From: an uncultured Acidobacteriaceae bacterium
GTDB taxonomy: Bacteria > Acidobacteriota > Terriglobia > Acidiferrales > UBA7541
Direction: 5' to 3'
DNA: 64,000 nt
NCBI GenBank assembly: GCA_964500065.1
Contig: CAZCNH010000007.1
Span: 1 to 64,000, forward strand
Shown: piece by piece, positions 9,490 through 18,447 of the stretch
Position numbering within the stretch: the stretch's first letter is position 1
Layout of the letters: every line of letters starts with the position of its first letter
Program-made: the position numbers and the translations under genes
The notes under the pieces: model-generated
Database searches by the model: none
Told to the model about the DNA's origin: nothing
Seen by the model: the letters and a program-made list of their open reading frames with translations, nothing else

Positions 9490-10983
9490 TCAACCGGCAG
9501 GCACCGCCCGTTCGCTCGCCCAAGCACGAAGCCGCTCGACGTCTTCCCGCCGGGTAACCGAAAGCGGTCGCGTTGAAGCCAGCTCCTTGAGCAGAATTCC
9601 TGTGGAGAGCTGTTGCTTCAGCGAAAACGCCGAATACAGGCCCCCCGCAATAGCTTGCTCGATTTCCGCCCCGGAGAAGCCCTCGCTGGCATCGGATAGA
9701 CGGAACAAATCAAACTGGCTTGCGTCACGGCCCCGTTTCTTCAGGTGAATCCGAAACAACTCTGCGCGCGCTTCCGAGCCGGGCAGGTCCACGAAGAAAA
9801 TTTCATCAAAGCGCCCCTTGCGCAGCAATTCGGGCGGCAGTTGCGAAAGGTTGTTGGACGTGGCCACCAGGAACACGCCGCCCTGCCGGTCTTGCAGCCA
9901 AGTCAATAGCGTCGCCAGGATGCGCTGCGTCAGCCCGGCGTCCACGTCGGCGCTGGCCCCGCTGGCGGCGAAGCCCTTCTCGATTTCATCCACCCATAGG
10001 ACGATCGGCGCCAGTTGCTCGGCAATCTCCAGCGCCTTGCGCAGCCGCTTTTCCGATTCACCGATAAACTTGTCGTATAGCGCGCCGGCATCGAGGCGCG
10101 CCAACTGCAACCCCCACTCGCCGGCCACGCATTTTGCGCAAAGACTTTTTCCGCATCCCTGCACACCGGTGATCAGAATGCCTTTGGGCGGCTCCAGCCC
10201 GAAGGCGCGCCCTTCCGGGGTCAACGCGTCCTTCCGCTTGCGCAGCCATTCCTTCAGCCTCGACATCCCCGCAAGCTCGGAAAAATTCTCCGGCGCTTTC
10301 AAATACTCGAGCACGCCTTCCTGCCGCAGCGCAGCGCGCTTGGCTTCCAGCACATCGACGATAGTCTGTTCGTCGCAACGGTTGCGCGAAAGAAGGCACT
10401 TCGCGAGGGTGCGCCGCGCTTCATCCAACGTCAGGCCGGCCAGGCTTTCTGCCAGCCGCCGGATGCCCTCGTGGTTCAGCGCCACCTTGAAGCTCGCATT
10501 GGCGCCGAATTCGGCGATGGCCGCCTGGGCGCCTTTCAACAGAAGGCCGGCATCCGGCAGGGCCAGGTGAAAGCGGACAAGGTCATCTTCCAGTTCCCGG
10601 GGTGTTTCAATGACCGGCGCGGAAATAATGATGGACCGGCGCACTTCGCGAAAACTCGCGGCCAATTCGCGCATGCGCCGGAGGATTTTGTCGTTGGAGA
10701 AGTAGCGGGCCATGTCCCGCAGCAGAAAAATCGCGTCGCCACGCATCTGCGCGATGGCCGCCAGAACCCGCTCGGGGTCTTCCGTCTCATACATGGCCTG
10801 GTCGTTGCCCCGGCGGAGCAGGCCGCTGGTGATGCTCCATACGAAGAACGGCACGCTCAACAGAATGGAAATCTCCGAAAGCAATTCCTCGACGCGGGAT
10901 TCCTCCGAGGTTTCCACCGTGATAATAGGGTGGCGGGAGTTAATCAGCAGGAGCAGTTCGTCGCGTTTGTCGCGAGCTGGCAT
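9490..10983 (-). CDS. AAA+ family ATPase with a long N-terminal domain (Ycf46-like architecture)
   Basis: C-terminal AAA module: Walker A GVQGCGKS, Walker B VLWVDEIEK, sensor region; ~250-aa N-terminal domain of unknown function. Confidence 0.8.
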   Translation of the reverse strand: MPARDKRDELLLLINSRHPIITVETSEESRVEELLSEISILLSVPFFVWSITSGLLRRGNDQAMYETEDPERVLAAIAQMRGDAIFLLRDMARYFSNDKILRRMRELAASFREVRRSIIISAPVIETPRELEDDLVRFHLALPDAGLLLKGAQAAIAEFGANASFKVALNHEGIRRLAESLAGLTLDEARRTLAKCLLSRNRCDEQTIVDVLEAKRAALRQEGVLEYLKAPENFSELAGMSRLKEWLRKRKDALTPEGRAFGLEPPKGILITGVQGCGKSLCAKCVAGEWGLQLARLDAGALYDKFIGESEKRLRKALEIAEQLAPIVLWVDEIEKGFAASGASADVDAGLTQRILATLLTWLQDRQGGVFLVATSNNLSQLPPELLRKGRFDEIFFVDLPGSEARAELFRIHLKKRGRDASQFDLFRLSDASEGFSGAEIEQAIAGGLYSAFSLKQQLSTGILLKELASTRPLSVTRREDVERLRAWASERAVPAG

Positions 10984-11130
10984 GTGCGGAGTTTTGCGAA
11001 ACTCAACAGACGTGCTACTCTAATGGTTTGTTTGAGCAATGAAAAGGCCACTGTCCGGGCCTGTTTCCACAAGCAACCGGCGGAACTCGCGCGGGATTTA
11101 CCGCGGATTAAACAAGAATGAGGATGAGGA

Positions 11131-11433
11131 ATGGCAACTGGCACGCCCACCAAAGTCAAGAAGAAGAAAAAGTCGGTCCTGAAGCGCATCCGGCAAACGG
11201 AAAGCCGCGCGGAATTTAACCGCGCGAACCGCACGCAGGTGCGTTCAGCGATCAAGCGCCTTCGGGCAGCCATCGGCGGCGGCGACGCCGCCGGAGCGCA
11301 GCAATTGCTGTCGCCCACGCTATCGTCAATCGATCAGGCCATCCGCAAAGGTGTTTTGAAGGAAAATACCGCAAACCGCTACAAGTCGCGACTGACCCAC
11401 GCATACAACAAGATGAAGGCCGGGGCAAAGTAG
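11131..11433 (+). CDS. rpsT: 30S ribosomal protein S20
   Basis: 100 aa, basic N-terminus KVKKKKKSVLKRIRQ, conserved S20 helices (AIKRLRAAI...). Confidence 0.95.
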   Translation: MATGTPTKVKKKKKSVLKRIRQTESRAEFNRANRTQVRSAIKRLRAAIGGGDAAGAQQLLSPTLSSIDQAIRKGVLKENTANRYKSRLTHAYNKMKAGAK

Positions 11434-11475
11434 ACTGAGCCCGGCCGAGCTGCCGGATCCTCAGGATTTCAGGCG

Positions 11476-11507
11476 AAAGCCGCTGGAGATTTCCAGCGGC
11501 TTTTTTC
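11476..11507 (+). terminator. rho-independent terminator after rpsT
   Basis: Hairpin gccgctgga-gattt-ccagcggc followed by TTTTTTCTTT. Confidence 0.7.
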
Positions 11508-11586
11508 TTTGATCGTGCACCGCACGGCGGAGCAGGCTGACTCCGGTCCCAGTTGTTAACCTGGCAGCTGACCATCATTGCGGAAA

Positions 11587-11615
11587 TTGACACAGGCTTC
11601 GCTTAATGATACTTT
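11587..11615 (+). promoter_or_regulatory. putative sigma70-type promoter of mntH (TTGACA-N17-TACTTT)
   Basis: Perfect -35 hexamer, 17-nt spacer, -10 with the conserved T-A...T positions. Lies 27 nt upstream of the mntH start. Confidence 0.4.
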
Positions 11616-11624
11616 ACTGCGTGA

Positions 11625-11642
11625 ATTAACCATGCTTAATCA
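11625..11642 (+). promoter_or_regulatory. near-palindromic candidate operator ATTAACCATGCTTAAT overlapping the mntH start codon
   Basis: Imperfect inverted repeat. The same motif class recurs at ~28084 (see findings). Confidence 0.3.
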
Positions 11643-13021
11643 TGGCGTCGCCTGAGAACAGTACGCTGAACTCTCCGCCCACCTCTCCGTTAGGGCACGC
11701 GAAAACGGACTCCGGCTTTCAACGAGCTGGCGCCTTGCCTTCCCTCCCGGAAGCCTACCGCACCGTCCCCGTCTATTCCGGGTCTTCCACTTGGCGGAAG
11801 CTTTTGGCTTTTGCCGGGCCCGGCTATCTGGTCGCCGTGGGCTACATGGATCCCGGCAATTGGGCCACCGATCTGGCGGCAGGCTCGAAGTTTGGCTACT
11901 CGCTGCTTTGGGTCATCTTGCTCAGCAACATCATGGCCATGTTTCTCCAGGCCCTTTCCGCGCGACTGGGAATTGTGACCGGACGCGACCTGGCACAAGC
12001 TTGCCGGGATCACTATTCCAAGCCTGCCGGAATCACCCTATGGCTGCTGTGCGAGATTGCCATCGCCGCCTGCGACTTAGCCGAAGTGCTCGGGTCCGCC
12101 GTTGCTCTAAAACTGCTGTTCGGCATCCCGTTGCTCGCAGGGGTGCTGATTACCGCAGCCGATGTGCTTCTCGTGCTGGCTTTGCAGGGACGCGGTTTCC
12201 GCAAGATCGAAGCCCTGGTGATTGCGTTGATTGCCACCATCGCGGGCTGCTTCGCGTATGAAATTTTCTTTGCTCAGCCGCTGTGGTCGGAGGCTGTCGT
12301 GGGTTTTCTTCCTGCCACGGAGATATTCCGCAACCGCGAGATGTTGTACCTGGCCATCGGCATCCTGGGCGCCACGGTGATGCCCCACAACCTCTACTTG
12401 CACTCCAGCGTGGTGCAGACCCGGGCGTTCGGGGACCAACTCGAATCGAAGCGCGAGGCGGTGAAGTTTGCCACCATTGACTCGACCATCGCGCTGGGAT
12501 TCGCCTTCTTTATCAACGCATCCATCCTGGTGATGGGGGCAGCCGTCTTTCACAAACGCGGCATGACCGAAATCGCGGAGATTGACCAGGCCTACCAGTT
12601 GCTTTCCCCGGTGATGGGGGCGAGCCTCGCGAGTATCTTGTTTGCCTCCGCCCTGCTTTGCTCTGGCCAGAATTCGACGCTCACCGGAACCCTGGCGGGT
12701 CAGATCGTCATGGAAGGCTTTCTGAATTTCCGCCTGCCCGCCTGGCTGCGCCGTATGATCACCCGAGCCATTGCCATCGTACCCGCAGTGATCGTGATCG
12801 GCTGGATGGGGGAAGGCCAAGTGACCAACCTGCTGGTGCTGAGTCAGGTGGTCTTGAGTTTTCAATTGCCCTTCGCGGTCGTACCCTTGGTTCTTTTTAC
12901 CAGCGACAAGAAGAAAATGGGGGAGTTTGCCAATCCACCATGGGCGATCGCTGTTGGGTGGACCATGGCCGCAATCATTATTCTGCTCAACGCCCTGCTG
13001 ATTTATCTGGTTCTGCGCTGA
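11642..13021 (+). CDS. mntH: Nramp-family divalent metal (Mn2+/Fe2+) transporter MntH
   Basis: Nramp signature DPGNWATDLAAGSKFGY, multiple TM helices, 459 aa. Confidence 0.9.
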   Translation: MASPENSTLNSPPTSPLGHAKTDSGFQRAGALPSLPEAYRTVPVYSGSSTWRKLLAFAGPGYLVAVGYMDPGNWATDLAAGSKFGYSLLWVILLSNIMAMFLQALSARLGIVTGRDLAQACRDHYSKPAGITLWLLCEIAIAACDLAEVLGSAVALKLLFGIPLLAGVLITAADVLLVLALQGRGFRKIEALVIALIATIAGCFAYEIFFAQPLWSEAVVGFLPATEIFRNREMLYLAIGILGATVMPHNLYLHSSVVQTRAFGDQLESKREAVKFATIDSTIALGFAFFINASILVMGAAVFHKRGMTEIAEIDQAYQLLSPVMGASLASILFASALLCSGQNSTLTGTLAGQIVMEGFLNFRLPAWLRRMITRAIAIVPAVIVIGWMGEGQVTNLLVLSQVVLSFQLPFAVVPLVLFTSDKKKMGEFANPPWAIAVGWTMAAIIILLNALLIYLVLR

Positions 13022-13030
13022 ACGGGCGGA

Positions 13031-14411
13031 TCAGGCAGTCAATTGAGCGACGAGAAATTCAAGCACGGCGCGGTGATCCGCGGCGCCGCCCTTCAATTGC
13101 GAATCCGCGTCGTAGAGAGCGGTCAGTCCGGCCAGGAGCCGCTCGCGCGGCATTTTTTGAGCGGCGCGCAACGCCAGTTCTGCGGTATCGGGCTTCATCT
13201 TCAGCAGGCCTGCCGCGGCAAATCGGTTCAAGCCGCGCGGCGCGCCATTGGCTTCAATCAGCTTGCGGTACATCCAGGCCAGCCCGCCAATCAGCCCCGC
13301 GGGCTGCTCGCCTTCGCGCAGAATGCGGTCAATAAATTCGAAGGCCTGCCCCGGCTTTCGTTCCGCCAGCATATCCGCCAGTTGCCAAACGGAGGATTTC
13401 TGATCCGCCACCACCAGTAATTCCACTTCGCGCGCAGTGATTCTTTTTCCCGGTCCCACGTAAGTCGATAGTTTTTCCAGTTCAGTCCGGACCCGCGCCA
13501 GTTCCCCGTTGCAGGCTTCGGCCAAGTCCGCAGCGGCGCCGGTTTCGATGACCGCGCCTGCCTCCCTGGCGATTTCCGGGATCATGCTCTGGCAGGCTTC
13601 GATAGCCGCTTTGCGTTTTTCGTCGCCCTTGCCCTCCGCCAGTTCTACGCTGACCAGTAGCGTCTGGCTGAAAAGCAGCTTGAAGAGCTTTGTGCGCTGG
13701 TCCAGTGACGCCGCTTCCAGCACCAGCACCGTGAAGGGCGCCGGGGCTTCCAGGTACGCGGCCAACTGCTTTTCGGTTTCTTCCCGGCCCCACGTAAGTC
13801 GATAGTTTTTCCAGTTCAGTCCGGACCCGCGCCAGTTCCCCGTTGCAGGCTTCGGCCAAGTCCGCAGCGGCGCCGGTTTCGATGACCGCGCCTGCCTCCC
13901 TGGCGATTTCCGGGATCATGCTCTGGCAGGCTTCGATAGCCGCTTTGCGTTTTTCGTCGCCCTTGCCCTCCGCCAGTTCTACGCTGACCAGTAGCGTCTG
14001 GCTGAAAAGCAGCTTGAAGAGCTTTGTGCGCTGGTCCAGTGACGCCGCTTCCAGCACCAGCACCGTGAAGGGCGCCGGGGCTTCCAGGTACGCGGCCAAC
14101 TGCTTTTCGGTTTCTTCCCGCTTTTCGTCACCCAGCCGGGCCAGCGCCTCCACCCCGGAGAGAATAATGACCTGCAGCGGCGAGAGCATGGGCAGGGTCT
14201 GCGCCCGCTGCAGCGCTGGCTCCAGAGAGATGTCCTCGAGCGAAAGCCGCGTGACCGCCCAGGCGCGCGCCGGCGGCGGCACATAGGCATCAATCAGTTT
14301 GTTGCGGCACAATTCGCGCAGGTAGAGATCTTCCCCGAGCAACACAACCGCCGGGACAGGCTGGCGCTTCGCCAGTTTGGCCAAGAATTGCTCGACGTTG
14401 CTGGACGCCAC
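13031..14411 (-). pseudogene. holA: DNA polymerase III delta subunit (holA), split into two ORFs (13482..14411 and 13031..13765) by a 334-bp tandem duplication that shifts the frame
   Basis: N-terminal ORF has the delta-subunit N-domain (VVLLGEDLYLRE...). The same 105-aa stretch (AYLEAPAPFTVLVLEAAS...TELEKLSTYVGPG) is encoded twice. Removing one 334-bp copy restores a ~348-aa HolA. GTG start overlaps the lptE stop (TAGTG). Conserved lptE-holA order. Confidence 0.75.
13457..14124. repeat. perfect direct tandem duplication, 2 x 334 bp (one mismatch at the junction), inside holA
   Basis: Identical +-strand shadow ORFs 13509..13805 and 13843..14286; identical peptide stretch in both minus-strand ORFs; junction at microhomology ttcccgg. 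Confidence 0.9.
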
Positions 14412-14938
14412 TAGAAATTCTCCAGCAGGGCGCTCACCAGCGTGGCCGCGAACTCCCGCGCCAGCCGGTCGAGCGCCGGGTTCTGCTCTTCAAAGAAACT
14501 CTTCAAGTCCGCGGAAATTTCATACTGTTCGCGGAACAGGTACTCGTCATTTTCCCACAACACTTTCTTGGAGGCGGCTTCCACAAACTTCACCCGGAGC
14601 CGGACCGAAACCAGCATGGTTGTGGCCCGCCCGGTGGCGGTATCGAACAGCACCGCATTGGATTCTAGACTGGTGACTTCGCCGCTCAGAACCGCATCCG
14701 CGTTCGCTGGGTCGGATACCACCCGGTACCTGGTCCGCGCCAGAAACTCCCGCACCAATGCTTCGGTCAACCGTTGCTCGACACGGAAGCGCGAAGTCTT
14801 GTTTTCCAGCGCAGGAATGGCCACGGTCTTGATTCCCGCAGGCAGTCCCGCGCCGGTTCCCGCCACGCGGTAACCGCAACCGGCAAAAAGGAAGGCGCAA
14901 CAGAAAACCAGCCAAAGGGAAGAATAACGGCACATCAT
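14411..14938 (-). CDS. lptE: LPS-assembly lipoprotein LptE
   Basis: Lipobox-type signal peptide (LVFCCAFLFAGCGY) starting at internal Met 14938; LptE-like length; sits immediately upstream of holA as in the leuS-lptE-holA arrangement. Confidence 0.7.
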   Translation of the reverse strand: MMCRYSSLWLVFCCAFLFAGCGYRVAGTGAGLPAGIKTVAIPALENKTSRFRVEQRLTEALVREFLARTRYRVVSDPANADAVLSGEVTSLESNAVLFDTATGRATTMLVSVRLRVKFVEAASKKVLWENDEYLFREQYEISADLKSFFEEQNPALDRLAREFAATLVSALLENF

Positions 14939-15003
14939 TTGAGAAGCCGCGCGGTCCCTGTTTTCCATTTTCCCTGTTCCCTTTTTCAGAAGACAGCGGG
15001 CAA

Positions 15004-16014
15004 TCATGAAGCAAGCAACGTTTCTGCGATGCTAATCGCGTTGGCTGAAGCCAGGCGCAGGTTATCCGCCGCGCCCCAAATCCAAAAGCCACCGGGAAGA
15101 TTGCCATCGCGCTGCACCGGCCCCAGGTGAATCACCGATTCGCCGGCGATGGAGACGTTCGTAGGCGACTCCACGGCAGACGTGGCCACTTTCCAGCCCA
15201 CGGCTTCAAATGCGCGATCGAGATCTCCGGGCTCGCGTACCCCTGGAGCTTCCACAAAGGCGCTAAAGGCGAAGCCATAGAATACCGGAGCATGAACCAC
15301 CTGCAGGGCCGGCTCAGGCAAGCGGCCCGCAAGATACTCTTTGACCTCCAACGCCGCTGCTGCGCTGATTTCCGGCAAGCGCGGCCGGGCTTCCTCTCCA
15401 TAGCCAGCCATGAGATTGAACGCCACCTGGGTATCGAAAACGCCAGAGGCAATCGGCTTCAGCGAAAGCAGGCCCGCGGTCTGGCTCTCTAGTTCTTCGA
15501 TGCCCTCCTGTCCCAGTTCGGAAACGGGCCGGAACACGGTGATAGCCGACCGGGACGGAGCAATCTCCCGGAGAGCGACGGCCAGCGCGCATGCAATCAA
15601 CGCTGGAGGTGAAGGCGAGGAGAACGCTTTCCCGCTCGCGGGGCGTGGCGGTCCCAGCCATTTGCGCAACGAGGGAATCCAGTGGTTAGCGTCGAAGTGC
15701 CGCGCAAGGTGCCCGCTCATATCAATGAGCGTGGTTCCGCCGTGGAGAGCCTGCTGGGCGTGCCGCGCCGTCAGGTCGGCGCTCCCGGCAAAAAAGGCGA
15801 AGCGCACACCGTCAAAACTTTCTTCGTCAATCCCCTGTATCACCAGGGGCTCACCGCCGGCTTCGGTCAAGGTGCCATCTACCACTTCGTCATCCAGCAG
15901 GCGGATATCGGTGGCCGGAAATCCCCGCTCTTCGAGGGCTGCTGCCAAATCCTTCCCGCGCAGGGAGGATGCGCCCACAATGGCCACTCGGCAGTAGTTA
16001 GAATGGAGCGACAT
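15004..16014 (-). CDS. aspartate-semialdehyde dehydrogenase family protein (Asd/USG-1-like)
   Basis: N-terminal NAD(P)-binding VAIVGASSLRGK; C-terminal GAADNLRLASANAISIAE resembles the Asd dimerisation domain. Confidence 0.7.
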   Translation of the reverse strand: MSLHSNYCRVAIVGASSLRGKDLAAALEERGFPATDIRLLDDEVVDGTLTEAGGEPLVIQGIDEESFDGVRFAFFAGSADLTARHAQQALHGGTTLIDMSGHLARHFDANHWIPSLRKWLGPPRPASGKAFSSPSPPALIACALAVALREIAPSRSAITVFRPVSELGQEGIEELESQTAGLLSLKPIASGVFDTQVAFNLMAGYGEEARPRLPEISAAAALEVKEYLAGRLPEPALQVVHAPVFYGFAFSAFVEAPGVREPGDLDRAFEAVGWKVATSAVESPTNVSIAGESVIHLGPVQRDGNLPGGFWIWGAADNLRLASANAISIAETLLAS

Positions 16015-16017
16015 GGG

Positions 16018-16749
16018 TCAGTTTGCCGTCGCCGGCCGGCGAAAGCGCCGAAGAAGGTGAATCACCACGCCCGAGAGCATGTACGTCAGAGCCAGCATCA
16101 ACAGGACCCATTCAGAATACGCGATGGTCAGCCACACCAGGGCCATCACGCCAATCACCATCAGCGAAGACCGGCGCCGGGTGAAGCTAATGTCCTTGAA
16201 CCCGTAGAACCGTATAGTGCTGGTCATCAACCAACCCAAGCCACCCACGACGACCATCCACACTACGGAGAACATCCAGTTCTGAACAGGTTCTTTGAGC
16301 GCATGGACAGTCGCGGCGACTACGCCTGCGGCTCCTGGTGTGGGCATTCCCACAAAGTACTTGGCTTCAGCGCCGGGCGCCATACCCTGGATATTGAAAC
16401 GCGCCAGGCGCCACGCACAGCAGGTGACAAAAATCACCGTCACCGTAATCCCCAGCCAATAGACGTTGCGGTAGAGTCCGGGTTCGTGGGTGGCAAAGGC
16501 GCGCGAGCCCCAGGTGAAGGCCAGGAACGCGGGGGCGACTCCGAAACTGATCACGTCCGCAAGCGAATCGAACTGCTTGCCAAACTCAGACGTGGTGCCC
16601 GTTGCGCGGGCGATGCGGCCATCAAGAGAATCGCATAGGATCGCCGCGCCAATGGCCCTCGCAGCAATATCGAAAGCCGCCGCCGTCCCGGTAATCGCAT
16701 TGAGCACTGCAAAATAGCCCAGGGAAAGATTGGTGACGGTAAAGAACAT
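16018..16749 (-). CDS. pssA: CDP-diacylglycerol--serine O-phosphatidyltransferase (CDP-alcohol phosphatidyltransferase family)
   Basis: CDP-OH P-transferase motif DGRIARATGTTSEFGKQFDSLAD. Hydrophobic protein starting at the internal Met (MFFTVTNLSLGYF); the upstream part of ORF 16018..17028 is probably non-coding. Confidence 0.8.
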   Translation of the reverse strand: MFFTVTNLSLGYFAVLNAITGTAAAFDIAARAIGAAILCDSLDGRIARATGTTSEFGKQFDSLADVISFGVAPAFLAFTWGSRAFATHEPGLYRNVYWLGITVTVIFVTCCAWRLARFNIQGMAPGAEAKYFVGMPTPGAAGVVAATVHALKEPVQNWMFSVVWMVVVGGLGWLMTSTIRFYGFKDISFTRRRSSLMVIGVMALVWLTIAYSEWVLLMLALTYMLSGVVIHLLRRFRRPATAN

Positions 16750-16823
16750 CGGAATAAATGCGATTCCCCTCCGGGGTTGCCGGCCGGGATTGCTTTCCGG
16801 GGAAGCTACTGGGACGCCGCCGC

Positions 16824-17504
16824 TCAACTCGAGCCTTTTCCTTTCGCGGGCCAGCGCGCCAGCGGAGTTGCGCCCGCGGCCACAAACTGGCCCTTCTTCA
16901 CAAGAATTTCCGCCTCCAGCGGGAGCCAAACGTCCATCCGGGAGCCGAAGCGGATCATGCCAATGCGCTCCCCGGTTCGGACCACCGCCCCCGGCTGTTT
17001 CCAGCTCACCACGCGCCGGGCAATCCATCCGGCAATTTGCTTGAACATCAGCATGCCTCGGTCGGTTTCCAGCAGGAAAACATTCTGCTCATTTTCTTCG
17101 GAAGCCCGGGCGCGCATGGCTGCAAAGAAGCGTCCGGGCCTGTATTCAATCTTCTGGAGCCTTCCGGCAAAGGGCGCGCGGTTCACATGCACATCCCACA
17201 CCGAAAGGAAAATGCTGACGCGGCGGCCGGGCTGGCCCTCGCATGATTCTTCGGTGATCACCACCACGCGACCGTCGCCGGGAGCGACCACCAGATCCGG
17301 GTCAGCCGGTGCGGCTCGCTCCGGATCCCGAAAGAAATAAAAAACAAATGCCCCAAGGAAAATCAGCAGTCCACCCGGCCAATAGAATCCCAGTGGGAGC
17401 GCGCCCAGACCCAACAGGAGCGGCGGCGCGCCAAACTTGTAACCTTCGCTGACCATGAGAGGAGCGCGCGCGACACACGCGCACACACTTCCATTGTACG
17501 ACAT
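16824..17504 (-). CDS. psd: phosphatidylserine decarboxylase family proenzyme (short, archaeal-type Psd)
   Basis: Psd-like core with a G-S self-cleavage site (IRFGSRMDV). Adjacent to pssA, forming a phosphatidylethanolamine pathway pair. Start ambiguous (17504 or 17456). Confidence 0.8.
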   Translation of the reverse strand: MSYNGSVCACVARAPLMVSEGYKFGAPPLLLGLGALPLGFYWPGGLLIFLGAFVFYFFRDPERAAPADPDLVVAPGDGRVVVITEESCEGQPGRRVSIFLSVWDVHVNRAPFAGRLQKIEYRPGRFFAAMRARASEENEQNVFLLETDRGMLMFKQIAGWIARRVVSWKQPGAVVRTGERIGMIRFGSRMDVWLPLEAEILVKKGQFVAAGATPLARWPAKGKGSS

Positions 17505-17526
17505 CCGCGGGAAGCCGTCGCGCCGC

Positions 17527-17760
17527 CTAGTGCGCGACCTTCTCTCGCTCCAAGCTGGCCGCGATTTGCTCGATTTCGTCCTTGACCCTGAGTTTTCGTT
17601 TCTTGAGTTCTATTTCGAGGAGCAGGTCTTCCGAGTTGAGGTAGGTTTGGCTTGTGAGGGCTTTCAACTGCTCTTCATACTGGGTGTGTTCAGCCACCAG
17701 ACGCTGCAGGTCTGGGTGGCTTTGGATCAGGGTTTCGCGAATCCCGGGGTGAACGGGCAT
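17527..17760 (-). CDS. DUF465 (YdcH-like) family protein
   Basis: Pattern HPDLQRLVAEHTQYEEQL...LKKRKLRVKDEI typical of DUF465. Start taken at the internal Met (MPVHPG). Confidence 0.6.
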   Translation of the reverse strand: MPVHPGIRETLIQSHPDLQRLVAEHTQYEEQLKALTSQTYLNSEDLLLEIELKKRKLRVKDEIEQIAASLEREKVAH

Positions 17761-17915
17761 CGGTTTCCTCCTGACGCGGCGAAATTGGTTTGAACGGGGC
17801 CAGCCTAACATAGCTCGAAGTTTCCCGCCAAGAAGTTTTGCAATCCATAGAACGAACGGACTAGAGGTACCGCCATGGCCGCGGTACTCCGGATTCGGTA
17901 TGGCGTTTCTTGCGG

Positions 17916-18407
17916 CTATCGGCGGCGCGCGAGCACCAGGGCATCTTCGTCCGGAGCGCGATAGTAATTGGGCCTGCGGCCGGCCGCGGCAAAACCGTGC
18001 ATGGCGTAAAAGGCCTGTGCCGTGCTGTTGGATTCGCGCACTTCACAAAACACCTCCCCGTACCCGCGTTCCACGCCCCAGGCCAGCGCCGTGCGCATCA
18101 GCGCGGAACCCACGCCCATACGGCGCGCGCTTGGCGCGACCGCCAGGTTCAGAACTTCCATTTCGCCCGCGGCGGCACGCACGACAATGAAACCAACCGC
18201 AGTGTTCCCCACCTCGGCAACAAGTATGCGCATTTCGGCGGACCCGCTCCGGGCCGACCCATCCGGACCAAGCGTGGCGTAGTCGTTTGGCGTCCATTGC
18301 GCGGCTTCGGGGCTGGCGCGGGCAATCTCCACCAGGCGCGCTTCTTCGCCGGAGCGCATCGCGCGGACACAAGTCGGTAAGTTTTGCGTCATGCGGGAAA
18401 CGTGCAT
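17916..18407 (-). CDS. rimI: ribosomal-protein-alanine N-acetyltransferase (GNAT)
   Basis: GNAT acetyl-CoA motif RRMGVGSALM. Located immediately downstream of tsaB, the classic tsaB-rimI arrangement. Confidence 0.8.
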   Translation of the reverse strand: MHVSRMTQNLPTCVRAMRSGEEARLVEIARASPEAAQWTPNDYATLGPDGSARSGSAEMRILVAEVGNTAVGFIVVRAAAGEMEVLNLAVAPSARRMGVGSALMRTALAWGVERGYGEVFCEVRESNSTAQAFYAMHGFAAAGRRPNYYRAPDEDALVLARRR

Positions 18408-18447
18408 AAGCCGCGCGCCAAGAAACGGCCAGGACGCCGGATCGATC

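Noticed and set aside
9720-11121. Plus-strand ORFs 9818..10570 and 10471..11121 overlapping the AAA ATPase
   Set aside because: Antisense to a gene with clear Walker A/B motifs; biased Ser/Arg/Ala composition.
11520-11641. Possible Mn (yybP-ykoY) riboswitch upstream of mntH
   Set aside because: The leader is only ~30 nt from the putative -10 to the start codon, and no conserved riboswitch helices were recognisable; a protein operator seems more likely.
16018-17028. Full 336-aa extent of the pssA ORF
   Set aside because: The first ~93 aa are Gly/Arg/Pro-rich and non-hydrophobic; the CDP-alcohol phosphatidyltransferase domain begins at the internal Met (16749). The N-terminal extension is probably untranslated.
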